DNA of 64,000 nucleotides from Gordius albopunctatus (Eukaryota): NCBI GenBank assembly GCA_964276515.1, contig OZ193910.1, positions 5,084,001 to 5,148,000 of the forward strand, read 5' to 3'. Shown piece by piece: positions 10,339 to 23,200 of this stretch (position 1 is its first letter; each line of letters starts with the position of its first letter). The notes under the pieces were generated by a model. It saw only the letters and a program-made list of their open reading frames with translations, ran no database searches and was not told where the DNA came from. The position numbers and the translations under genes were made by a program.

Positions 10339-13300
10339 ATGGGAGTTGATTATGAGCGATCTTCTGAGGCTTTTAATAAGCAAATAGTAACACCAGTGGA
10401 TAAAGAAAGAATGTCCCCAACTTTACTAACTTTAGCTAAAAAGGAAGTCAAGACCAACCAAATTTTTGGAAGATTTCAAAATTTAAAACTCGATCAAGGA
10501 TCTTCTCTATATTACGCCCATAATAAGCAGGAAATCGTGTATGTTCCACCCAGGCTTAAGCTCTCTAGTATAAATGATCGGGTTGAGCAAAAGACGAAAG
10601 CTTTCTTACAACAAGATAAAATCAAGCCAATTGCTAAAGAATCTTGGACAAAAGTCATGCTCAATAAAGCCGAGGCATATGAAGCCCAAAAATTAAAAGC
10701 ATTAGGTATAATAGATTTTTATAAACAATGTCAACTATTATACATAAAAGCAATTTAAATGACATAATAATAGTTTAGCTATTATTCAGTAAATAATATT
10801 TTTATTATTTTATTAGACCGTTCTTCTGAAATTGCAGGCGTTGATGAGGTATATAAAAATAATATTAAGCAAATGTGTCATTTTATTGCATATGTTGGAA
10901 AAAGTTAAAAATTTTTAATAAATAGATACGAAATATAGAAAATTTCCCAACTCGGGAGAATTACGAACATCATCTCCGTAATATAGAGTCCAAAAATTAC
11001 CACTTAGATTCAGAAGGATCTGAGGAAATTATATTTAGGAAAATAAGTCCGTCGCCAGTGTTGGAAAAGGAATTGGAAAAAAGGATGAAACAGAAACTTA
11101 TTCCTTCAAGAGGAAACTATAGAAGTATATAAGTTACAACATTTTAAAGTTTTTATCAGTTATAAACCTTCTATTTACTTGATTAACGGTTTTAATTAAG
11201 TAGAAAGACGTTTAGCTTATAACATATAACTTGTTTGTTATAATATTAACACGACCAATATAATTTAAGGTAAAATCATGCAAATTAAAAATCTCCGATA
11301 CAATATCGACCTTACAAACAAACTTAAACCGACCTCACCAGATTAAAAATTAATCTAAATTACCACTTAAAATTCGGTCCTTAGCAATTAAACTACATGA
11401 AGTAACATAAGGGGATTATAAAGGTAATATTTTTGAATGGCTATTTATTTGCTTGGGTAAAAATACTCAAATCTGACCTCCAAAGCAAATTCAAAAGTTT
11501 GTCTTAAGCTCAACCTGATTCTCATTATTAAATATTTAATCAACATATGCCCGAGTGTGGTTTGGGCCACCCTTGCTGGACTCTAAGCAGTCTTCAAACT
11601 TTATATACATTTTAAAAGCTTGGTTACCCCATAGATCGTAATTTGGTCTTCAAAAACATTATTTTTAATTATTTAATTGTTATTGTCATATATTCTATGT
11701 AGCAAATAATAATTTCTGCCATAATAATTTTTGCCTTCCAATAACTTAGATTCCTTAAAGGGAACTTTGGGAGAGAGAAGAAAGAGCAAACAAGAAAACA
11801 AGACGGTTATAAAGGAATGGAGAAGAAAGAGACATAATGCATTAAGCAATTTCAAAAAGGAGCAAGATTTAGTCAAAAAAGATTGGATCGAAAATAGTGG
11901 AAAACCCTTTGTGCGTGGTATTCATAAGGAATATAAAAAAGAGCTGGACAATTTGTATTGTGATTTCGAAATGCATTTGAAAGGCGTTAATGAGGATTAT
12001 CAAGCTTATGTGAAACGATTGGAGATTGAACAAGATGTGAGAAATAATAATTTTATGCAAGAACTGAATAGATTTTGGGAAAAAGAAAACAATTTGATGA
12101 ACCAAGAGTGGGAAGAAGAAAAGGTTAAAACAGTTGTGAGCGCAAAAGAAGAAAATGATAATATGCGAAACGTGGTTATTATAAAAAAAATTGCCGATTT
12201 GAAAAATGCTTTTAAAGAAAATTGGGATCATACTCTAGACAATGCTATTAATATGTGGATTGAGGAAAAAGCTGATGTAGAAAATAGAGGTAAACAAAAA
12301 ACTATTTCCATCTCGCAAAGGATTAAGATTATAATATATAATACTGCATATTTTTCCCATTTATTCTTAGAGAAAGAGAATTTGAAGATGTTTGCATTTG
12401 AGAGGGCTAGTGATTTGGGTAGTGATAAAACAAAATTGCTTACTACCTGGGACAAGGAAGTCAATAATTTCAACAAAGAATTTCAGAAAAAAGTTGAAAC
12501 TATAAAAGGTGTGATAACACACGATTATGAAAGCATACAAAAGAAAATGGAAAAGGACGTAGCTCAAAAGTATTCTGCTCATGAAAAGGTTAAAAATTAT
12601 AAGCAAAGAATCAATGAGTCATTAGGAGACGATGGTAGAAATACCGAAGAAAAAAATTTGTCAAATTTAGTTAGTCAATTTAACTTAGAGGAATGGGCGC
12701 GAGGATCTAATAAAATTAATGACATCATAAAACAAACTCAACAAAGCAATGTAGGGGTGTCCTCTGATAATAGAAGACATTCAAAGCAAATCAACGATGC
12801 TGCGAAGTATGAAAAATATGTAGAAGAAGCTAGAGAATTATTTAATCGCGAGTCCAACAAGCTTGCCCAAGAAGTGGAAGACGATATAAAAAGCAGTTAC
12901 AATTCCTTTATAAACTGTAATAAAAGCAAAAATTTCAGTGACGCTTCGCAACCGCACGTCGTTTTAAACACGCCGCTTGATAGTGTTAATGCCTACGACA
13001 TGTTAAATAAAATATCCACGACAACTTCTAGTTTTACCAGTATGGATGATTCGAGTAATGCTACAACCATAGACTCTTCTTACACTCCCCACGTAACTTT
13101 GACTAAGCCATCAGATTCAACGAAGAAAGGTGCCGATTCCAACTTAGTAGATGTCGCGCAACCAATTTCAATCCCCATTGGAAAAACGCTGACCAAAAGC
13201 GTTTCTTTCATTAAAGGTTACTTATTGTCGGGCAAATATTAAAATACTAAATAACATATTTTTGTTATAAACAAAAAATATAAAAATCAACGATTTCAAG

Positions 13301-14082
13301 TAAAAAATTGATCAAACACTTTAATATTATGGAAATTACGTCTATCAAATATGCTACTTAAAGTTTTCAACAAAGATTATACTTTCAGACATTTTAAACT
13401 ATATTTACTTATTAATTGATCTTAATTTTTGGAAAAAACAGGTGACATAGCCCCAAAACCCTACCTTTCAGATCATGATTCTCTGCCATCTTTAGGTTCT
13501 ATCGTAACCCCTACCCCGAGTATACCATCCTTTGAGCCACTTGGTGTGAAGCATGAGGATAATCGGACAATAAAATCGATCGTTAAAAAAACGAGTGCGA
13601 AAACGGGTGAAGATGAGCGTTTGGAAAGTTTTAAAGCTAGCCAGGAGAGCCTTCGAAAGAATGTATATGCTTTTAATTTTATATGCATCGTTTTACATAA
13701 AAACTAATGACCTGCAACGGGCCTCCGTGTAAAAATTTTATACAAATTAACCATACTATAAGATCAAAACTTTCAGAATCCACAATTCAAAATTTACAGA
13801 TAATCTTATAAGTAAGTAATGAGTAAAAATGAATAAAGAAATAATCATTAATGTGAAATTTGATATTTATTGAAAAACATTATAAAAGCACACCGTTTTA
13901 AAAATTAAAATATAAAATGAAACACAAGCTAAATAATTTTAAAGGCCAGAGATGAGCCTCACTTATATTTTTTACAACAAACATCCGCAAGCCGGGCCTG
14001 GCAATGCAGGTGTCTAAAATTTTCTAATAAAATTATTAATGCTTTATTTATTTTTTAGAGCGAGCCTCAAAGGAATATATGA
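10339..14082 (+). CDS. Unknown multi-exon Lys/Glu-rich coiled-coil protein with Ser/Thr-rich C-terminal region
   Basis: Phase-compatible GT-AG exons: 10339-10705, 10817-10848, 10926-~11124, 11750-12289, 12371-13217, 13442-13662; last exon near 14059 uncertain. No family motif recognised. Confidence 0.65.
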
Positions 14083-15456
14083 TCGTAATCGTTTGGATCA
14101 AGATAATTTTTTAGCAAGATTTACACAATGTTTTATTTTAAATAATGTTCTATTATAACTTTTTATAGTCTTTGTCATCATGTATAATGTTTGGAATTTT
14201 TACTAATAATACTTTTCATTTATCAAAATCAAGATATTTTTATCGTTAAATTAAATAAATAATGCTAACAAGATATTAGCATAGATCGCTAAAATATAAT
14301 CTTTTAAAGTTACTTTTATTATAAACTTCAAAATCATATTTAGGACGATTAGATCCTAAAGAACTTGAAAGTACCTATATCTATTTTTTTTTATCTTTTC
14401 GTCTACATTGTTATATTTTAACATCGGCTTACTCAAGGGTGAGGGGGGGGGGTTGTGGAATTTGAGCAAAAAATTATTAAATTAAATTAAAATAGCCACG
14501 TCCAATTTTTTTTATGTAAAAATAAAATTTGGTTACAAAAATCTTTTATGATGGTTAGTTACATAATTAGATTATTATATCTTTTCATTCATATTAACGA
14601 GGAAAAGCTTATAAAGTTAATTTCCAACTTGTGTATAAAATCCTTTTATAAGGTGACAGAATGTCCGAAAAAATAGACAATTGTAAATTCAAAGTAAGAA
14701 TGAAAAAAATTCAATTTTATATCTATTTTGAGGCTTAATTGAGCTTGAGAGGATTCCAGCATTGGCTTGGACCAATTCTACCAAAACGAGAATTCATTCC
14801 CTGACCAGATAGCTAACAAACCCTATAAAAACAAAAACAACCTAAATTATATTTAAAATAATTATTTCGTTAAGCCTAGCTAGATATTATAGTTTTACCC
14901 TAATCTTTTTTCGCATTATGTGATAAAAATATAAATTTTATACACATTTTTCTTAAATATAAAATACTTTTAAATTATTATTAAATAATTCAAAAAGCCG
15001 ACAAAATAAAAATTTTAATTAGGAATCAGATAATTTTATTGATATAATTCAAATTTTTAATTATTAATTTGTCGCGATACTTCTGGTTTTAGTCCTTAGT
15101 GATATGAATTAATTTTATTGTATTTGGGATAATCAACTTAATTTGTTACTTCCACGAGCAATAGCCAGCAAAATTGAAATATGGAAAATTGATTTTACTT
15201 TAAAAAGTTTGACAAAATATCTAGTGGGAATTTTAAATTTACTAATTTTTGGTAATACCCTTACAAACTTTAAGACAGTTAACCAAATAATATTGGCAAC
15301 GTTTCATCTAAAAGCAATACAAATGAAGCAATTAACCACTCTTTTCTCTGTCATTTAATAGTCTCTACTGCCATAGGCATTGTCACCATTAGCTAATTGG
15401 CAATCTCCATCTCTAGTAATTTAAAAGGAAGAGTATTAACATTTCTACTAATAAAT

Positions 15457-16482
15457 ATGCTCAGCTCTAATCAAAGTGTATACGATTCCTACGTTCGCAA
15501 AATTACAGATGCACATATTTGGCGAGGCATCCTGTACCCCGGAGACCTATTCAAGCCCGAAGTATTGAATGAAATAAAAAAATTTAAAGTCAGACCCGGT
15601 GACATCTTTATCTCCACCTACCCTAAATCCGGTACTACGTGGACTGCCGAACTTGTGTCAGTAATTAATAGCCAAGCTAATTTAGAATGGGCTAAAAGTC
15701 TTGATATATCTGAACGGGTCTTACATTTAGAAGCACCACCAAATTCATGCTTGCAACAATTAGATTCCCTCCCGTCCCCACGTATATTCGAAACTCATTT
15801 ACCCTACCATCTCCTGCCTGATAATATCAGACAAGGTGTCGGCAAAGTGATTTATGTTACGAGAAATCCGAAGGATGTCGCCGTATCTTTCTACCATCAC
15901 CATCGTATGGTTAATGATTTAGGAAATTTCGATGGCACGTTCTCAGACTTTCTCATGCTCTTCAGCGAGGGAAAAACAGTGGGAGGATCGTGGTTCGATC
16001 ATGTACTGGGTTATTGGGAGCAAAAGGAGAGAGAAATACTAATCCTCAAATACGAAGACATGAAAAAGAATTTACGAGAAATCATAGTTCAGCTAAGCTC
16101 GTATCTGGGGGTTGTTTTGTCCGCGCCACAAGTTGATGACGTGTGTCATCATTGCTCATTCGATGTCATGAGGAAAAATAAAAAGGCCAATCGAGATTGG
16201 ATTCCTCTTTTCGACAAGTCAAAAAGCAACTTTATGAGAAAAGGCGTTGTAGGTGATTGGAAAAATTACTTTGATATAGATGAAGACACATCTTTCATGT
16301 CGTTATATCGGTCAAGGATGTCGCGATCCCCATCGCTAAGCTTTGAGTTTGAAGGCAAAGGTTATAACGGAGATGTGGAAACTCAGGCTAATAACGGCAT
16401 GGAACATTCGAACTTGCATTGGAATAAATCTGCTAATCTCTATGAGCACTTGTTACCCACACAAACGCTTGCTCCATCCTAA
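15457..16482 (+). CDS. Cytosolic sulfotransferase (SULT1-like), intronless
   Basis: 5'-PSB TYPKSGTTW, ETHLP, 3'-PB RNPKDVAVSFYH, GSWFDHV, FMRKGVVGDWKNYF; ATG at 15457. Confidence 0.93.
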   Translation: MLSSNQSVYDSYVRKITDAHIWRGILYPGDLFKPEVLNEIKKFKVRPGDIFISTYPKSGTTWTAELVSVINSQANLEWAKSLDISERVLHLEAPPNSCLQQLDSLPSPRIFETHLPYHLLPDNIRQGVGKVIYVTRNPKDVAVSFYHHHRMVNDLGNFDGTFSDFLMLFSEGKTVGGSWFDHVLGYWEQKEREILILKYEDMKKNLREIIVQLSSYLGVVLSAPQVDDVCHHCSFDVMRKNKKANRDWIPLFDKSKSNFMRKGVVGDWKNYFDIDEDTSFMSLYRSRMSRSPSLSFEFEGKGYNGDVETQANNGMEHSNLHWNKSANLYEHLLPTQTLAPS

Positions 16483-17115
16483 GAAACCAATGTTCTTCAA
16501 TCTATATTGCTCTTAAAATATTGGCAAACTTCATCGAAAGTTAAACCTCGTCATTCATTTATTAGTTGTACATGTACTTATAGGGTCGTTATATAACTTC
16601 ACTAAACATGCAGTTTAGTCTATTTTATATTTTGTTTATACGTAACTTTGAATATCAAATTTCAATTATTATATTATAAATGGTATTTTGATATTAACCC
16701 TGGGTATCAGTTAAACGCCACATATTTACATCACTTCAATGATTTAATGGCATAATTCATGCGCCTCACGTATTATATTAACTTGCTTTACTTTACAATA
16801 TATTATTAATTAAAAGTAAAACTTATTTATCATTGGGTGTACTGAATTAATATGGTATACATTAATAAAAGTTACATAACTCATAATAAATTTAGGGGAA
16901 TAAAGAGCCTCGTCTTAACCAAATTAATTAAGAATTAATGGCAATGCTAATGTTGCTCTCTAAACATTAGTTTTAATAGAAAATTTTATTCAAAATCGCT
17001 TATAAATAATTTACGACAAAAGTGATTGCATCTAAATACATTACAAGTATTATCACAATATTAAAATAATTTTTAGTATTTGCTTAATTGTTAAGGATTA
17101 ATTAAAATATTTCCT

Positions 17116-17863
17116 TTATTCTAATATAGGATCTAATCCAAGATCCTCTTGTTCCTGGACAACGCATTTAATATAAGCCCTCTTTTGTTCATCCAAGATA
17201 GCAAATTGTGGATACAAGTTTTGACAACTTTGCACTATTAGTCGTGATAGTTCGTGTTTGCTCATCTGACATTCTATATAGCCAAAAATATACATTAGTT
17301 ACATTTTATTTATTCTTTAATTAGCCACCTTACAGTCGGTATATAATCTTTGCATAGTTCAAAGATTAAATTAGCCTTGAAAGTAAAAAAATAAGTAGAA
17401 TTTTAGTCATTTTTGATTTTTTTTTGATTTGTCATAAATACTTATTCGAGTGTATATAACAGTATCTTTTAAATATCTATTTAAAATATAAACTTAAATT
17501 AATTTTAACTTAAAAGGCCCCATAAATGTTTATTTTACAACCAAACTTTGAAAAATTTGATAATTGGCGCCTTAGAGTTCAAGCGTCTCCTTCGGATTAA
17601 AATTTTAAAGTAATTTAAAGAAATATGGTTATAGCTAAAAGAAAATCAATAAAACTTTTTGCACTTCCCTTGATTTAAACCCTGCCTACGCTCATAGAAT
17701 AGAATATATATTAAGATCAAATCAAACAGTGGGTTATAAAAATAACAATTAAAATTTATCTTTAACTATATAAGTGAGCATATACACAATTATTTAACTT
17801 ACCGACTCCTAACAATACTATTAATGTCGCGAATATTATTTGAAACACTTGGTTAAAATTCAT
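17116..17863 (-). CDS. Putative 2-exon small secreted peptide (72 aa)
   Basis: Exon 1 17863-17803 (MNFNQVFQIIFATLIVLLGV, donor GTAAGT, phase 1); exon 2 17273-17116 (ACTAAT branch-like site + TAG acceptor) gives ECQMSKHELSRLIVQSCQNLYPQFAILDEQKRAYIKCVVQEQEDLGLDPILE*; AATAAA overlaps the stop. Confidence 0.55.
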
Positions 17864-19703
17864 TTTAAAATGTGAAATAATTTAAATAGAATGTCTCCAC
17901 TTTATTAGGTGGTATAAGTAGTGTCATAAAAAATATGTCATTGTCATAAGTCCATATTAATGTGGTTTATGGGACCTTGTTTAATGAAACCTAGAGGGGA
18001 TTGCATTACTAATTTGGGTCATCGTCATTCTCAAACTAACGTTATATGGAGATGGTTGTTGTAATAGGGATGATTGTGGGCCAAGGAAATTTAATTAATT
18101 TAAATTCACCTAAATTGCTCTTAACAAGCAGCTTACGTCATTTAGGAGAAGTTAAATTGACACTGAGATGAAAAAAACACAACAGATATATAATTTACTA
18201 TTTCGTTTTAAATGCTTAATTAACTGTATTTAAAATAGAAAACTTTTTCCATGCTTATATTTAGTAGCATTAGAATGAAAGGATTTTTTGTACTTAAGGT
18301 GACAAAAAGAGTGAGATTTATGGGCATAGCTAGACAACAAGGGCAACTTCTCCCTACAACAAATTTTTGTTTAAATTTTAAAATTATATCAACCCTTCGA
18401 AATAATTATCCTAGATAGGTCCTTAATGATGATATTAACCAACTTAATCGATTGAAAGTAAATTTTAAGATGAAAAATAAAAAGAATTTTTGTACTTATT
18501 ACACGGTTCAATTTTTTTGCCCTAATTTAGAAAATGAAAATCTTTATATTAATTTTTGTATTAATATATTCCTCATTAAATGCAAAATACAAAGAGGCAA
18601 GTATAAATTTTTATGAACTTCAATACATGTGTCATATAGCAAGTCATAAGGTACTTCATAATTATTAAATCATATTGTGATCAGCACAGGATATTCCACG
18701 GTCCGGCAGAGGCTGGACAAAATATATAAAAAGTTTAACTGTCCAAATATAAGGCACATATTTTTCTGTGCGAGCTTTATTTTTTTAAATTTTAGTTTAT
18801 TTTCTCGTCTTTCAATCCAAACTTTATTTTTAATTTACTTTGAACTGATGTCATAGGAGACTGGGGCTAGAATAGCGAAAATTAAATCGTTAAAAAGACT
18901 AAAAATTATTTTTTCAAATTTCCCGTTGCAATTTTACTACAGGAAATAAATTTTAAAATGAAAAATTAATAGTTTTCTTTCACAAATTAAATTAAAAAGA
19001 AAACAAAAATCCTACAAATTTTCAAAATGCCCGGCGGAAGTCATAGCCTCTTTCGGGAAATAGAATAATCTTAACGCTGTCACATTTTTTGGTGTAGGCC
19101 AACTCACATTGATAAAAATATTTATTTATTAAAAAGAACATAAAGAATAAGAATGTAAAATGGTTCTATATTACAACTTGACTTTGGAAAACATGAAAGA
19201 CAGATTTTGCATAATTTTTTTTAGTAATTAGTCTGCACACACAACGGCTATACATAGCTTTCAATTTGGTATAATAATAGTGGAAAATGAAATTAATTTT
19301 ATATAAATGCATCCCCGACCTATGCCTATATAATGTTGGCATATGGATGAATAGAGCCAATCTAAAAGTACACTACATAGAGACATGTATATTATCAAGC
19401 TTTACCTTGTTAATTGTTTACTTCAAAAAATCACTGTATAAATTCGTCTAATCCTAAAGATTTGTTATTATGCGGGAATGGCTTGTTTTGAGTTATTTGA
19501 ATCAACTTTTTCGACAAAGAAACTGTACTAATAAACAAACACCTAAAATCAATTGTAAGTAAGAACAGCATCATAGCATTAAATCGTTTAAATACAATGG
19601 GAGGTAAAATTTTTATTTAATACATGCTCCTATGGTGAAAAATAAAATTTCTTCTTTTTTATGCACACTTTCAGAGCCAATACGCTTAATTTCATACATC
19701 TAG

Positions 19704-19987
19704 GGGCTTGTCTTAATATCGGATTTAAAAGCGCACCAAAAATCGTCATATGTGTTTTAACATTGCCGTGTCTTAATATCCGATTCAGAGCCGATTTGGA
19801 TTTTAGACGCATAACATAACAGCGATTTTGTAAGATGCAAATTTTTTCCTACACTTAAATGGTGTATGTTTTTAATTAAAAAAATATTAATAAGTAAAAA
19901 CGAGTTTGACCCATGAAATTAAATCAGATATTTAGACAAAGATAAATTCGCGAGATTTGAATCTGAATCCGATATTAAAACAAGCCC
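19704..19987. mobile_element. PIF/Harbinger-like MITE
   Basis: 22-bp TIR GGGCTTGTCTTAATATCGGATT / AATCCGATATTAAAACAAGCCC, flanked by 3-bp TAG on both sides. Confidence 0.7.
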
Positions 19988-20252
19988 TAGGACTCTAAAA
20001 TTTGCTTTTAATAAGTTTGTAGTCAAATAATACTTAAATCAATGGCACCTTTGGTTTTATGTCGACCAAATCTCTTTATATAGAATTTTATTTAAAAAGT
20101 ATAATAATTTATAAACAATAAATGCCCTTCAACATAGTCATACAATTATCCAAATAACTCGGTGCAATTTAAACAACATAGAGGCTACATAAAAAATAGC
20201 ACTTAGATTCGTAGTGTATTTTGTTTGTATATATCAAGGAAATTTTTATGAT

Positions 20253-23200
20253 TCAGGGAATTTTAGTAAGATCCAAAACGGAGTAAAAAGGGGTAACGTA
20301 GGAACCGAGGTACAGTTTATTTCCGATTTGCACGGCTTCACTCAAACCATAAACTTTGCCCGTAGGATCGTGAAAACTTCGAATAATACTGCCGTCTTGA
20401 CTACTGATTTCCACAACTATCCCGTACTTTGGCATCAGTCTAAGAGCCCATTCAGGTTTGATTACCTTTATCAAATTATAATAAATTACAAGAATTATTC
20501 AAGTAAAATGGTCAAACTCAAGCTTTTTAATCATTCTTTAATTATTTATTTGCTATGTATAAGAGAAATTTTTGTATCTAACGATAAGTTTAATAAAATA
20601 GTCGTGTGTTTATGGTGGATATTATTGCATTTGTAGTGACATCATGACGCAATCGTAACTTTTTATGCAATTAAAACGATAGAAATTAATATGTAGAATA
20701 TTTTTTCGGGCCCTATTAATTCAGACTTCATTATATGTAAAATAGCGAGTGAATTGCTTAAAATCCATCTCACGGCCTTTAAAGCCGAAAACTTGCTAAA
20801 ACACTTGATGTAGTTTAAAAGTTATTTATATAAAACATTAGCCTCGTTCCTCATCTCTTCAATAACTGCATAAGAAATTGTGATAAAGCAATAAAAATAT
20901 ATATTTAACTTTAAATAGATATTTTTTCAGCTGGGGACGTGAAGCTAGGAGGTCTAGGAGCGATAACTTTTCCTTGACTCGCAAGAAAGCGGCAGCGACT
21001 AATATGTTTCCCCCCTTGTTGTATTTGATGTTGTCGGGGAACATAGGTAAATTAGAACACAACGTTTCCAGCTTGCCCTTGTAAGGCCCTCGCAAATAAA
21101 ACCTGCAATAAACTAATTTTACAAAATTTTCAAATCAAAGATGAATTTATACATAAACAATAAATCAGTGAAATATGCATGAGCGTAGCCAAGGGAAGGG
21201 CGACTGGCCGTCTTTAAATCCAAAAAATATTTAAAAAATAATATAATAGGGCTAAAATTTCAAAAATCATCATTTTGCCCCTCCATAAATATTATATTAC
21301 CCCCTCTAATACAAATCCTGGCTACGACATGGAAATATGCAGATGAAAAGTTATTGAAGCTTATAAAATCATAAGTTTAATTCTAGTGGACTTTTTTTTG
21401 CCTGACCACTCTTAACTTAACGTTCTTGGCAGCCTTTTTAACTATACTATTAAAATTTATTTTGTCTTATAAACAACTCGCCTTTCTATTTCTATGTAAA
21501 TTCCATCAATCTTCGATATTAAATCTGCTATTATAAAATACATTTATCCTTGATTGAAAATAAAATTCAGTTTAAAGAAATATTATGAATAAATTTCCCA
21601 CATTACTTTTTAGTAGTCAAAATATACAATTTCTTTATAAATAAAAATTCTTAGTCGTGACAAAAGTCATCTTTATGACAAAAAAAACTTTCAATGAATC
21701 CTTTGATTAATTTGAACATTGACTCTCGTTTAAATATCCATTAAAAAGAATAAGTTGTTTTACATAAAAAATTTATACAGCACTGACTTGAGTATAGCTG
21801 CTCCGACCGATTCCGAAATTAGAAGGTAATTTTCGGCGGGAGATAAAAGCAATCCGTTGGGAAATTGTAGGTTGTCAACGATGACTGATAACTTTTTTGT
21901 TTGAGAATCATACTTGAAAACTCTGTGCAAAACGTTCATACGATTTGTTAGGATCAATTAAAAGATTAAATTTTTCTTTAAATTAGGTTAAAGTTGGCGG
22001 AAAGATGGAAATAGACAGATCAGGACCATTTTTAATTACTTTCATCTTAAGGTTTAATAATTGCAAATGTTAGAAATAAGGTTATTAAGGCTTATATATT
22101 TTGTTGTAGTTAGCAAAGCAAATCAAGTACAATTTAAGAAAGTTCAGTTGGGCCATTCCATGACAAATCAAAACGTTTTCGGGTCGGTTGGAACTTTTAT
22201 CTGCGCGATGGGCAAGTAACCGAGTTTGAAAATTAATTTAATTTTAATTAAAATAAAAAATGGTCACAACTAGCAACCAATATTTTTTTAAATACCTTTC
22301 ATCTCGCAAAATTTTTATATTTTTAGGATGGATTATCAGTACAAAAATAATAATATATGAGAAAATATGCCATTACGTTAGTATATTTATTTTTTTCCAG
22401 CCTTCACATTTATTTTAGCCTACCCCTATATCATTAAAATTAAAATTCAGGATCTAATTTTCAAACTCGGATAATTGCCCATTGCGCAGAAAAAAGATCA
22501 AAATTTAAGCTTATTTTTACTCCAATATTATTTATTTACCATGTATTTTAATAAATTTTACATTTGATGAAAAACAAATATCAATATGTTCTCGTGATAA
22601 TTGATTATAGCCGGCTAATTTATATGAAAAACAATTTCTGAAAATTCGAGCCATTTTGGACCAATACTTTTTGAGTTGTGGACGCTCAAATGGCCAAAAT
22701 CACGCTTGGGCGTGTTTTACAAATTTCACTATTTTCGACATATCTTCAAAAGTATTGCCGCTAGCTTCGTACATTTTGCTTTATTTTAATCCTAATAAAA
22801 TTCTCTATCAGAAAAATGTAACATAAAACCACAAACTTTTGTGGTTAATGTTTTGTTGTCAAACTTGTGAACAACTAAAAAAACCACTTTCTCTGTTATA
22901 TATTATCACCAATTTTGCTATGGGGACGTTTCCATCACAAATGAATGTTTCAATACAAAAGGATTAAAATTGAAATCCAGATAGATCATACAAATTTTTA
23001 ATTCAATTATGAAAAAGAACACTAAACACTGCTCCAAAATAATGTTGAAATTAATGTAAAACCTTAGTTATAAAAAGATACAAAAATAACAACCATAAAG
23101 TGAAAGATAATTTATATAAGAAATAAACGTTTTTTTTCAAGATAATCTATTTTGGTGTGCACATTAAAAAATGGCTATATAATTTGCCTGCAGACCTGCC

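Noticed and set aside
11869..12606. Hydrophobic minus-strand ORFs
   Set aside because: Antisense of the Lys/Glu-rich coiled-coil exons.
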